In this document: in pieces, positions 49,301 through 56,178 of the stretch
Numbering within the stretch: position 1 is the stretch's first letter
How the letters are laid out: the number at the start of each line of letters is the position of its first letter
Assembly: GCA_965235115.1 (NCBI GenBank)
Contig: OZ249438.1
Coordinates: 39,556,001 to 39,620,000, forward strand
Source of the DNA: Laetmonice hystrix
Taxonomy: Eukaryota
Direction of reading: 5' to 3'
DNA length: 64,000 nt
The notes under the pieces: generated by a model
What the model was told of the DNA's origin: nothing
The model's database searches: none
Seen by the model: only the letters and a program-made list of their open reading frames with translations
Made by a program: the position numbers and the translations under genes

Positions 49301-52300
49301 ATCGCTGTATGCTGCCAGGAGAACTGAAGAGTGCCAGTTGATCAAGACACCAAACCAGTCCCACTAACCTCTTCTACGATAATCCTCCTTCCATCCTTAG
49401 TCAGATAACACTTGGGTTCGATCGCACGTACTCCAGTATTCAAGTTTACGCTCTTGCTTTTTGGAAGATTTCGATTTGTTGAGCATGAAATATAGTTTTC
49501 CTGGTTACTAACAAAGTCATTTTTGAAAAAAAGTATTAGTGTTAATTTGAAGTTTAAATGAATTTTGTCCAAGTTTTTCTTCCTTAATTTATATGTTGTT
49601 AATTCGACAATTGAGACCATGAATTGCGTTTTAAAATGTAAAACTTCTAGTGCAGAACTTGTTATAAAAACTTCTTTTTAAAATTACATCCGTAGCCTTT
49701 GGTACCATTTGTGAATTAATAAATAGAATACACCATCATAAGCGTTCCGCTAAAGGTTATGTGAGCAATAGCGATGGCCGAGAGACAGCACGTGTTAAGA
49801 AATCGCAAGTTTTGCGATCAGAGTAAGTTATAACGAGTGAGAATCCTCAGTGTAAATGTTTAATAAGGGGTATGTCTTTGATTAACTGGCACTATGACAA
49901 GATGACGATAAGAGATTTGTACAGTACTAAAGTAGATGTAGATATTCCACCCTGTTCACAGACTACATGATGTCCCACGCACACACTCACTACCAACTCA
50001 TATCAGTGAGGATGGTTACAGTTGTACTTACTGCATCTAACCACCTGCTAGTGTCAATAGTGACAGTGGGTTTTTATATTTATGCTAGAGGTACGTGAAA
50101 GTCCTCATGGCCAGAGATCTATTTTGTGGTTCCAATTGTGCTGTAGAATGTGTAGTGATGACATTGTGTGAATCAAATTAGGCACATCCAAAAATATATC
50201 ATCTCAGGTAGAAATATTTGGGCAAGAAGTCGATCAATCTTGATTTTTATCCCCCAAAATATTTCTATATTTTATTTATTATTAAAGGGGACCGTTTCCC
50301 CTCAAATTTCTTTTTTATTTTACGGGTAAATTTTATAAAAGAAATTTAATCCAGGACAGATTTTTTCTTCTAAGCTAGACCCCAGATAGCACACAGCCGT
50401 TGGCCCACCGGGTGTAGATAGCCAACGATGGGCCAACGTTGGCCCGCTGAAGACAAAGTATAGCACACAGCCGATGGCCCGCTGTTGGCGGCGGTTGAAA
50501 ACCCCTGTGCGCCGACCGTGGGCCGACGTTTGCCCGATAGCACTTTGCTGCCGCTGAGAGCCGCCATCGGCTCGCCATAGGCCCGCCATCGGCCCGCCAT
50601 CGGCCCGCCATCGGCCCGCCATCGGCCCGCCATCGGCCCGCCATCGGCCCGACACTGGGTGTCTCTACCCCTGTGCGCCGACCGTGGGCCGACGTTGGTC
50701 AGACAGCAGTTTGCTGCCGCTGAGAGCCGCCATCGGCCCGACAACGTGGTGCTATCTGGGACACTCACTTGTCTTAAAGGTGCTATTCGTCTCGCTCAGA
50801 ATGACATTTCTCCTATCATACATTGTGCACATAGTACTAGAAAAAATTCCTACCGATACCATTGGCCTAATAAACCTTCTATTAGTTTGTGTGCAGCATT
50901 TGAAACCTATCTCGGTGCGCACCGAGATAGAGCCATTTCCTTTGGTGGGGCGTGTCAGGGTCTCCACAGGCCTTCTGAGAGAGCCCCATTTGTGCCGTTA
51001 TCCATGAAAAATTTTGATTTCCTTTGTTGTGAATCTATTTCCATGATAGGTGGGATCACATAAACGTCAACAAAATTAAAAATAAAAAAATTGAATTTTT
51101 GTTCACGAATAGCACCTTTAACATCGGTTGCGTAATCTTTCAAGTCGTTGTTGCCAGTTGAATTATCTATGACGGCCATGTTTCGACTACCAGGTCGAGT
51201 CAACTGGAAGTTTATGAGTTTGATTAATTCCATGGAGTCATTCTCCGTTCCGTTTGAGATATTTGATTGTGGACCTGTTGTCATGGAAACACCTCAGTAT
51301 GTATAGAGATGCACAGTCTGGTTTGGTCTTGTGTGCACCAGTCATGACCCGTTTGTTAATTGTCTACGTTAAAACAGGTAAGGAGAGCGGGTAACGGGAT
51401 GTTACGTGTAGAGAGTTAACATTAGTAGTAGTAGTTTGCTTTCTTGTAAAGGCAAAGCTGTACAGATATATATTTTGCCCGGATGCAGTTTTACGACTAA
51501 TTTCTGCCAGTAACAAGTAATCAATTGCATCCTAATTAAAATAAATATTAATAATTTCCTATGATGTTGTATGACATACTAACCTGTATTTTATAAGTGT
51601 TATTGTATCTATCCATCCCTCTACAGTTTGTAGATGAGAAGTGATAGAGAGCGCGACAGGACAATGAACATTCTGTGAATGCCAATGACTGTGTATTTTA
51701 TTACTGGACCTTGCTGAACATAACGCACCCATGTTTTGGCTAACTTTGAGACTTCTTCCTCTTAGACCCAGTTTAATATTGTTTCTATTCCCAGTGGTGT
51801 CCTTAATTTTTGTTTTTGTTTTGTATTGGGCATGATGCGACCTTTTTACTCAATGTACATAATTGATTTAGTAAGAATTAGAGATTTGAAAATATAGAAA
51901 CTCCATTGTGTTTGCTCCGAACAGAATTTCTTCATCCATAAGTAGGCCTAGTGCTTTTTGGCCAGCAGAAAACGGTTGAGGACAGCTTTAATTTTTTAAA
52001 CATGACGTTGGTTAACCAGAAGCCAATAAAGTATGACGTGCCGTCTGAGAGATTCTCGACCCAGCTGTAGCCCGACTCATGTGTTAAGTTAGGCTTTCTC
52101 TGTGTTCCAGGGTCGCAATCACATGCAGGAGGTGCATGAATTACAGGAAGAGAAGTTGCTCCTGTCACATATTAAGGCCCAGCGCAAGTCCGTGAAGCGG
52201 GCGTCTAAACATGGCGTGGCCAGCGACATCTCCACCAAAAACCAACCAGAGATGTCACAACTTCTGACCGAGCAGGAGAAAAAGGTACCCTGAACATAGA

Positions 52301-54465
52301 GGGATGCTGGGGTTAGCACGGGGGGATAAAGGGGTGGGGCATTGTTAGGTATTATCAGGCAACTGAAGGAAAACCCGTTCACTAGCATAAAACACGGTCG
52401 ATCTAGAGCAGACAAGTTTGTAGTTTTGTAGTCTGGAAGAACTTACAAAGTGATAACACATCATCGTTTTGTCTGCTGTCGTCGGCCAGTGCTGTATACC
52501 GATATAGTTCACCATCCACATCTGCAGTGCCGGACGCAGTGCAATCCACCCCTCTAATCCACCCATGTAAAATCCACCCCTCTAATCCACCAATCTCACC
52601 GCTGCAGCACCGATCGCTGAAGCAGCAGGAGACGATGGTGGAGCTCTGCCGGGCACAGTGCAATCCACCCATACAATCCACCCATCTAATCCAGCCATAC
52701 AATCCACCCATGTAAAATCCACCCCTCTAATCCACCAATCTTACCGCTGCAGCACCGATCGCTGAAGCAGCAGCAGACGGAGGCGATGGTGGAGCTGTGC
52801 CGGGCACAATACAAGGCGGAGTTGGACGTCAATATGAAGTACCACCCCCTGATCTACGATACACTCGACACCCTCACCACTAACAGTCTCGAGTCGCAGA
52901 TGAAAACACTCGACAACATCCACGACAAGGAGGTGACCGAGCTCAAGAAGAAACTCGACGCACAAAACCGAGAGGAGATGAAAACCCTCGCCAAGAAGCA
53001 CAAAGATAAAAACGAACTGGCAAGGTAGGTTGTCAGTCAACTTGTTGCGGGTACGATTGATGGGGAACATCGGAAATTTGGGCGGGGGCGCTTTCGAAAG
53101 GAGCTATGAAAATCGTAGCCTACTCGTATAACTGAACTGTATTTCATTGTAATATATCTACTGTGTAGCTGGTTTCTTTGAAGTGATGACCATCAAGTCA
53201 TAGGGATACCTTTCATAGAGCAAATATTGTCGAATTCCGAATTCATCAAATATCTGTTTTATTTTATTTCAGAATAAAACGGGAAGCGCAACAAAAACAC
53301 ATAACATTGGCAGTCCAGGAGAGACAGAAGGTACTCAGAGTTACACATCCCCACGCATTACAAAATTCTTAATGAGACCAACGACGAAATCACTTAGGCC
53401 TACCTATAGTTGTAGGATCAGTACAATGGAAGCGATGCGGCCTGTATTTTATTATGGTCTTCCCGACATTTAATAACGTTTGAAAATCCCAGTCTGATAG
53501 ACAGGAAGTAGTATAGGTGCCTGTCGATATTTCATTGCACCCGATAAATTCCACTGTGCGTTTTTGTTTGGCTCCAGCTGCGAGATATCCTTGAAAAGAG
53601 AAAAGACGAAGTGCGAAACAGACATGAAGAGATTAAGAAACAATTGGTGGAAGAGAAACAAAGGGTATGTAAACTTCTTTCTATCTGTATGAATTTACAA
53701 TTCTTCAAGTTCCTATAATGACCTTCTCCTTCTATCCTTCCTCGTTTCCTGCTGGTAGAATATAAATGTGAGACGAGTGTTGGGAAAAGTAGTTTGGGAA
53801 TGTGAACATATTAACTTTTGAAAACGGAGAATTGGAGTGAAATAGGGAATAGGCCTATAAATATATAGGAACACGAAAATTGGTGAATTTTGGAAATCCC
53901 GTAGTTGATTGGCGGTTGTGTTTGTTGACAGAGGTCGGAGGAGCTGCAGAGGGACCACTCACTGAAGTGTGCCAAGCTGGAAGAGGAACAATCCAAGACG
54001 ATGGAGGCTCAGATGGTGGAAGCGGCGGCAGCGGCTCAGGCCACACACGACCAGCAGGAGCACGAGGCAAGCACATCCTCCGACACACAGCTGTCGGCCG
54101 GCGGTGGCCAGCAGCGCCGTGACTCGGACACAGAGGACAGCCAGACCCTCCCCGTCCCGGCCCCACCTGTCGTGGTGGAGGCCGCCGACACGGCCGACAC
54201 GGCCGACACGGCCGCCGAGAGTACGGTAACCGGGTCAGGACCGGGTCAGGACGGGGCGAACCCCGCGGAGAAACCGGCCGAGGAGACAGGTGAGGACGTG
54301 ACGTCAGACGGTGCGCAGGCAGACAGCCAATCAGAAGCCAGAGCTGACACACCTACTGGAGACCAGACGGGACAAGGCGAGGCGGAGACCACTCAACCAC
54401 AACAAGTGGAAGGGTCAAAACAAGATACAGCGGCTGACCAAGAAGTACAAGTGACGAAAATGTAA
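403..54465 (+). CDS. PLCB: Phospholipase C beta (PI-PLC beta, Plc21C/PLCB1-3-like), 5'-truncated multi-exon gene model: 28 exons in window, about 1305 aa
   Basis: Hand-spliced exons with GT-AG boundaries and consistent phases. Diagnostic motifs: [41 protein letters not shown] (X box); [18 protein letters not shown] (Y box); C2 domain; ALANPI helix-turn-helix; coiled-coil CTD. Subfamily call rests on recalled similarity and needs a tree. Confidence 0.97.
897..1466. repeat. 38-bp minisatellite, ~15 copies (tacagtgtcacattatgtacccctgtaatggctcccag)
   Basis: Direct inspection. Confidence 0.95.
1933..2066 (+). CDS. PLCB: PLCb exon, PH end/EF1 ([14 protein letters not shown]...GKIPVRN), phase 0-2
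   Basis: tttag acceptor, gtgagt donor, 134 nt; from memory this equals two vertebrate exons (80+54) without an intron. Confidence 0.93.
2604..2688 (+). CDS. PLCB: PLCb exon, EF hand ([28 protein letters not shown]), phase 2-0
   Basis: tttttgtttcag acceptor, gttcgt donor, 85 nt. Confidence 0.92.
2701..3170. repeat. 77-78-bp tandem repeat, ~6 copies, starting 12 nt after the donor at 2689
   Basis: Direct inspection. Confidence 0.93.
3439..3539 (+). CDS. PLCB: PLCb exon, EF hand ([34 protein letters not shown]), phase 0-2
   Basis: ttgttcag acceptor, gtaagt donor, 101 nt; not shown in ORF track. Confidence 0.93.
4531..6790. repeat. 48/46-bp minisatellite, ~47 copies (cccgatactgagactgtccgtccaaaccctgaacgtgaacagataatt)
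   Basis: Direct inspection; source of the long minus-strand pseudo-ORFs. Confidence 0.97.
7135..7375. repeat. G-rich degenerate (GGGACA)n-like repeat
   Basis: Direct inspection. Confidence 0.8.
7457..7733. repeat. 68-bp tandem repeat, 4 copies
   Basis: accgggtcag at 7460, 7528, 7596, 7664. Confidence 0.93.
7805..9137. repeat. 18/17-bp minisatellite, ~74 copies (gataggcagtgaggacta)
   Basis: Direct inspection. Confidence 0.97.
10980..11146 (+). CDS. PLCB: PLCb exon, EF hand ([13 protein letters not shown]...[13 protein letters not shown]...NLVNK), phase 2-1
   Basis: attttctag acceptor, gtgagt donor, 167 nt, [12 protein letters not shown] motif. Confidence 0.96.
12009..12401. repeat. 32-bp minisatellite, ~12 copies (aaacgttagtcagtgagtctagggttaacatg)
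   Basis: Direct inspection. Confidence 0.96.
12483..12491 (+). CDS. PLCB: Candidate 9-nt microexon (adds VPA) or recursive splice site at 12491/12492
   Basis: tttcatttcctcatgctctccctaacacag|TCCCTGCAG|gtaaac; phase 1-1 matches the host intron. Confidence 0.4.
13045..13062 (+). CDS. PLCB: Candidate 18-nt microexon (adds ESDVPP), phase 1-1
   Basis: tgtctattgttttgtctccacag|AGTCGGATGTCCCCCCAG|gtaggc; strong sites, frame preserving, no stop. Confidence 0.62.
15708..15854 (+). CDS. PLCB: PLCb exon, EF4/start of X box ([12 protein letters not shown]...[13 protein letters not shown]), phase 1-1
   Basis: tcttcag acceptor, weak gtggcg donor, 147 nt, first catalytic His. Confidence 0.96.
15876..16223. 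mobile_element. ~350-bp MITE with ~35-bp imperfect terminal inverted repeats; possible TA target duplication
   Basis: Left tatgcaggatttccaccagacgagagcgagcgattt vs right aaatcgctcgctcgcgtccggtggaaatcccgcata; the TIR motif also recurs internally. Confidence 0.8.
16787..16944 (+). CDS. PLCB: PLCb exon, X box ([31 protein letters not shown]...ISFK), phase 1-0
   Basis: gacag acceptor, gtgagt donor, 158 nt. Confidence 0.97.
17008..17346. mobile_element. 339-bp non-autonomous DNA transposon (MITE), TTAA TSD, Kolobok/T2-like termini; copy 1
   Basis: TTAA|AGGTGCTATTCGT ... ACGAATAGCACCT|TTAA; near-identical copy at 50778-51117. Confidence 0.9.
17625..17704 (+). CDS. PLCB: PLCb exon, X box ([27 protein letters not shown]), phase 0-2
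   Basis: tttattttacag-type acceptor, gtaagt donor, 80 nt. Confidence 0.96.
17803..18428. repeat. 48-bp AT-rich minisatellite, 13 copies
   Basis: Direct inspection; source of ORFs 17793-18452 and overlapping frames. Confidence 0.96.
18688..18772 (+). CDS. PLCB: PLCb exon, X box ([28 protein letters not shown]), phase 2-0
   Basis: ggtag acceptor, gtaggt donor, 85 nt. Confidence 0.95.
20590..20885. repeat. (TAC)n-type microsatellite region flanking an assembly gap
   Basis: TAC/CTA runs on both sides of the N run. Confidence 0.8.
20727..20860. other. Assembly gap (134 N)
   Basis: N run; true length unknown. Confidence 0.99.
21180..21482. mobile_element. 303-bp MITE with 14-bp TIR (CAGGGGCGTAGGAA), flanked by ATACT direct repeat
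   Basis: CAGGGGCGTAGGAA ... TTCCTACGCCCCTG; superfamily uncertain. Confidence 0.78.
22299..22383 (+). CDS. PLCB: PLCb X-box end exon, variant A ([28 protein letters not shown]), phase 0-1
   Basis: acgtag acceptor, gtaagt donor, 85 nt, canonical LPSP and KIIIKNKK. Confidence 0.94.
22744..22828 (+). CDS. PLCB: PLCb X-box end exon, variant B ([28 protein letters not shown]), mutually exclusive paralogue of 22299-22383
   Basis: ttctctttcctag acceptor, gtaagt donor, same 85-nt length and phase, 16/28 aa identical to variant A. Confidence 0.85.
24853..25175. repeat. C-rich degenerate tandem repeat (G-quadruplex-prone on the minus strand)
   Basis: Runs of CCCC with a recurring ggccagcctaccccc core. 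Confidence 0.85.
26799..27004 (+). CDS. PLCB: PLCb exon, acidic X-Y linker ([11 protein letters not shown]...[25 protein letters not shown]), phase 1-0
   Basis: gtgtag acceptor, gtagag donor, 206 nt, phases fit both neighbours. Confidence 0.85.
27025..27295. repeat. ~56-bp tandem repeat, ~5 copies, starting 20 nt after the donor at 27005
   Basis: Direct inspection. Confidence 0.9.
27564..27660 (+). CDS. PLCB: PLCb exon, start of Y box ([32 protein letters not shown]), phase 0-1
   Basis: ttgcag acceptor, gtaggt donor, 97 nt. Confidence 0.96.
27902..27986 (+). CDS. PLCB: PLCb exon, Y box ([29 protein letters not shown]), phase 1-2
   Basis: tttttcag acceptor, U12-type gtatcctt donor, 85 nt. 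Confidence 0.95.
27987..28150 (+). other. U12-type (minor spliceosome) GT-AG intron
   Basis: 5' site GTATCCTTG; branch site CCTTAAC at 28134-28140, 10 nt before the CAG end; no polypyrimidine tract. Confidence 0.88.
28151..28223 (+). CDS. PLCB: PLCb exon, Y box ([24 protein letters not shown]), phase 2-0
   Basis: cccag acceptor, gtttgt donor, 73 nt. Confidence 0.96.
28384..28435 (+). CDS. PLCB: PLCb exon, Y box ([17 protein letters not shown]), phase 0-1
   Basis: ttattttccag acceptor, gtgagt donor, 52 nt. Confidence 0.95.
28419..28812 (+). repeat. 44-bp tandem repeat, 9 copies, spanning the end of exon 28384-28435 and its donor
   Basis: taggtgagt at 28433, 28477, 28521, 28565, 28609, 28653, 28697, 28741, 28785. 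Confidence 0.95.
28896..29050 (+). CDS. PLCB: PLCb exon, Y end/C2 start ([28 protein letters not shown]...VEIK), phase 1-0
   Basis: ttttag acceptor, gtgagt donor, 155 nt. Confidence 0.97.
29176..29340 (+). CDS. PLCB: PLCb exon, C2 ([27 protein letters not shown]...FIFKK), phase 0-0
   Basis: ctgcag acceptor, gtaacg donor, 165 nt. Confidence 0.97.
29494..29593 (+). CDS. PLCB: PLCb exon, C2 ([33 protein letters not shown]), phase 0-1
   Basis: tttgcag acceptor, gttggt donor, 100 nt. Confidence 0.96.
29821..29990. repeat. 43-bp tandem repeat, ~4 copies, grading into the polypyrimidine tract of exon 30009
   Basis: Direct inspection. Confidence 0.85.
30009..30113 (+). CDS. PLCB: PLCb exon, C2 end ([14 protein letters not shown]...KDYVPDSFA), phase 1-1
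   Basis: gtcgtcag acceptor, gtaccg donor, 105 nt. Confidence 0.96.
30258..30355 (+). CDS. PLCB: PLCb exon, proximal CTD/Gaq-binding helix-turn-helix ([33 protein letters not shown]), phase 1-0
   Basis: atttcag acceptor, gtgagt donor, 98 nt, ALxxPI motif. Confidence 0.95.
31225..32226. repeat. 21-bp minisatellite, ~47 copies (gtactacttacagcagtacgt)
   Basis: Direct inspection; stop-free in three + frames. Confidence 0.97.
33345..33737. repeat. 39-bp minisatellite, 10 copies
   Basis: Direct inspection. Confidence 0.96.
33755..34648. repeat. Degenerate ~30-35-bp minisatellite (gtgactggaaggcgtgactgg... family)
   Basis: Direct inspection. Confidence 0.9.
34706..34762 (+). CDS. PLCB: Candidate 57-nt cassette exon in CTD linker ([19 protein letters not shown]), phase 0-0
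   Basis: ccttggctttgtttcag acceptor, gtaagt donor, open and frame preserving; no homology support. Confidence 0.58.
35790..36656. repeat. GC/CpG-rich 62-bp minisatellite, ~14 copies, ending 70 nt before the acceptor of exon 36727
   Basis: Direct inspection. Confidence 0.95.
36727..36958 (+). CDS. PLCB: PLCb exon, low-complexity CTD linker ([13 protein letters not shown]...QGSGGS), phase 0-1
   Basis: gtgttgcag acceptor, gtaagt donor, 232 nt; supplies the phase change the model requires. Confidence 0.82.
37516..37542 (+). CDS. PLCB: Candidate 27-nt microexon (ALPQASQAA), phase 1-1
   Basis: ggtggttccag|...GCCGCAG|gtgtgt; CTGAT branch-like site about 27 nt upstream. Confidence 0.4.
37917..38205. 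repeat. 36-bp minisatellite, 8 copies
   Basis: Direct inspection. Confidence 0.94.
38479..41272. repeat. 2.8-kb minisatellite with interleaved 42/46-bp and shorter variants, about 60 copies
   Basis: Core gactactcaccgaatggtgacagggcggtctaccc. Confidence 0.97.
41880..41969 (+). CDS. PLCB: Candidate 90-nt cassette exon ([30 protein letters not shown]), phase 1-1
   Basis: tttgattgttag acceptor, CTGAC branch-like site, gtttgt donor, open frame. Confidence 0.45.
42395..42872. repeat. ~60-70-bp tandem repeat with variable poly-C, ~7 copies
   Basis: Direct inspection. Confidence 0.9.
43183..43343. mobile_element. 161-bp near-perfect palindrome (fold-back element/MITE)
   Basis: Arms of ~72 bp match with 1 indel and a few mismatches; centre is GTCGAC; GGGCCC near both termini. 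Confidence 0.85.
43511..45403. repeat. 65-bp minisatellite, ~29 copies
   Basis: Direct inspection; source of the repeated MEGSYVETL pseudo-ORFs. Confidence 0.97.
45575..45700 (+). CDS. PLCB: PLCb linker exon, possibly cassette ([17 protein letters not shown]...QTTRLK), phase 1-1
   Basis: cccaccgtacag acceptor, AAG|gtatgt donor, 126 nt open frame. Confidence 0.7.
46597..46712 (+). CDS. PLCB: PLCb exon, distal CTD start ([39 protein letters not shown]), phase 1-0
   Basis: aaacag acceptor after a pyrimidine run, gtgagc donor, 116 nt, coiled-coil character. Confidence 0.9.
46871..47290. repeat. ~34-bp minisatellite, ~11-12 copies
   Basis: aatatgtttgaccatctttgggcccttctaaatc. Confidence 0.92.
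48024..48125 (+). CDS. PLCB: Candidate 102-nt cassette exon ([34 protein letters not shown]), phase 0-0
   Basis: gcttgtgctcccaag acceptor, gtgagt donor, open; a second, internal acceptor lies at 48111-48112. Confidence 0.4.
48308..48792. mobile_element. Possible degenerate piggyBac-like MITE
   Basis: Right end ...cttgaggg|ttaa; left accctcaatgcc is only partly complementary and lacks the TTAA. Confidence 0.3.
50381..50760. mobile_element. 380-bp MITE, 12-bp TIR CCCAGATAGCAC, apparent 2-bp TSD (AC), internal catcggcccgc repeats; CMC/EnSpm-like
   Basis: ac|CCCAGATAGCAC ... GTGCTATCTGGG|ac; internal direct and inverted sub-repeats. Confidence 0.8.
50778..51117. mobile_element. 340-bp TTAA-flanked Kolobok/T2-like MITE; copy 2
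   Basis: Same termini and near-identical body to 17008-17346, same orientation. Confidence 0.9.
52111..52284 (+). CDS. PLCB: PLCb exon, distal CTD ([17 protein letters not shown]...TEQEKK), phase 0-0
   Basis: tgtgttccag acceptor, gtaccc donor, 174 nt. Confidence 0.88.
52525..52810 (+). repeat. Diverged ~145-bp tandem duplication of the acceptor and first ~55 nt of exon 52753
   Basis: ctgcag|caccgatcgctgaagcagcag at 52608 and 52753; partial third copy near 52527. Confidence 0.88.
52753..53024 (+). CDS. PLCB: PLCb exon, distal CTD ([24 protein letters not shown]...[10 protein letters not shown]), phase 0-2
   Basis: ctgcag acceptor, gtaggt donor, 272 nt. Confidence 0.93.
53273..53330 (+). CDS. 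PLCB: PLCb exon, distal CTD ([19 protein letters not shown]), phase 2-0
   Basis: ttttatttcag acceptor, gtactc donor, 58 nt. Confidence 0.92.
53578..53664 (+). CDS. PLCB: PLCb exon, distal CTD ([29 protein letters not shown]), phase 0-0
   Basis: gctccag acceptor, gtatgt donor, 87 nt. Confidence 0.92.
53932..54465 (+). CDS. PLCB: PLCb last coding exon ([12 protein letters not shown]...QEVQVTKM*)
   Basis: tttgttgacag acceptor, in frame with ORF 54001-54465, TAA stop. Confidence 0.88.
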   Translation, partial: RSEELQRDHSLKCAKLEEEQSKTMEAQMVEAAAAAQATHDQQEHEASTSSDTQLSAGGGQQRRDSDTEDSQTLPVPAPPVVVEAADTADTADTAAESTVTGSGPGQDGANPAEKPAEETGEDVTSDGAQADSQSEARADTPTGDQTGQGEAETTQPQQVEGSKQDTAADQEVQVTKM

Positions 54466-54749
54466 GCATTTCTCAGAAGGCCTCGGCCTAGCCATGACAT
54501 CAATGATGTGACATCACGGAGTATTTCTGTACAGTCGAGTGTTTATTTTGTAGGCATGTTGTTTTAGTGATGTTAGAAAGACACGTACACGTGCAATATA
54601 CATAGTGACAGTTGAATATTGTGCAGGCACAGTATCATGATGTTCAGAATAGACTGCACTCATTGACCCTAGAGTTGACTATTACGGCACCCTGCACCGA
54701 ACTGATCTCATTCATGGCCCACAGTTTGTGTTACCAGCATGACAGCATG

Positions 54750-56178
54750 TCGCACAGTCTCCTCTGGTGTATGTGGTAGAGGAACTGTCAATGTTGTACC
54801 ATACAACAATGTTCCACAGTCTCCTCTGGTGTATGTGGTAGAGGAACTGTCAATGTTGTACCATAAAACAATGTCGCACAGTCTCCTCTGATGTATGTGG
54901 TAGAGGAACTGTCAATGTTGTACCATACAACAATGTCGCACAGTCTCCTCTGGTGTATGTGGTAGAGGAACTGTCAATGTTGTACCATAAAACAATGTCG
55001 CACAGTCTCCTCTGGTGTATGTGGTAGAGGAACTGTCAATGTTGTACCATACAACAATGTCGCACAGTCCCCTCTGGTGTATGTGGTAGAGGAACTGTCA
55101 ATGTTGTACCATACAACAATGTTCTACAGTCTCCTCTGGTGTATGTGGTAGAGGAACTGTCAATGTTGTACCATACAACAATGTTCTACAGTCTCCTCTG
55201 GTGTATGTGGTAGAGGAACTGTCAATGTTGTACCATACAACAATGTTCTACAGTCTCCTCTGGTGTATGTGGTAGAGGAACTGTCAATGTTGTACTATAC
55301 AACAATGTCGCACAGTCTCCTCTGGTGTATGTGGTAGAGGAACTGTCAATGTTGTACCATACAACAATGTTCCACAGTCTCCTCTGGTGTATGTGGTAGA
55401 GGAACTGTCAATGTTGTACCATACAACAATGTCCCACAGTCTCCTCTGGTGTATGTGGCAGAGGAACTGTCAATGTTGTACAATACAACAATGTCCCACA
55501 GTCTCCTCTGGTGTATGTGGTAGAGGAACTGTCAATGCTGTACCATACAACAATGTCACACAGTCTCCTCTGGTGTATGTGGTAGAGGAACTGTCAATGT
55601 TGTACTATACAACAATGTCGCACAGTCTCCTCTGGTGTATGTGGTAGAGGAACTGTCAATGTTGTACCATACAACAATGTCCCACAGTCTCCTCTGGTGT
55701 ATGTGGTAGAGGAACTGTCAATGTTGTACCATACAACAATGTCCCACAGTCTCCTCTGGTGTATGTGGTAGAGGAACTGTCAATGTTGTACCATACAACA
55801 ATGTTCTACAGTCTCCTCTGGTGTATGTGGTAGAGGAACTGTCAATGTTGTACCATACAACAATGTTCCACAATCTCCTCTGGTGTATGTGGTAGAGGAA
55901 CTGTCAATGTTGTACCATACAACAATGTTCTACAGTCTCCTCTGGTGTATGTGGTAGAGGAACTGTCAATGTTGTACCATACAACAATGTCGCACAGTCT
56001 CCTTTGGTGTATGTGGTAGAGGAACTGTCAATGTTGTACCATACAACAATGTTCTACAGTCTCCTCTGGTGTATGTGGTAGAGGAACTGTCAATGTTGTA
56101 TCATACAACAATGTTGCACAGTCTCCTCTGGTGTATGTGGTAGAGGAACTGTCAATGTTGTACCATACGTACAACGAT
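54750..56178. repeat. 62-bp minisatellite, ~23 copies, beginning 285 nt after the PLCb stop codon
   Basis: Direct inspection. Confidence 0.97.
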
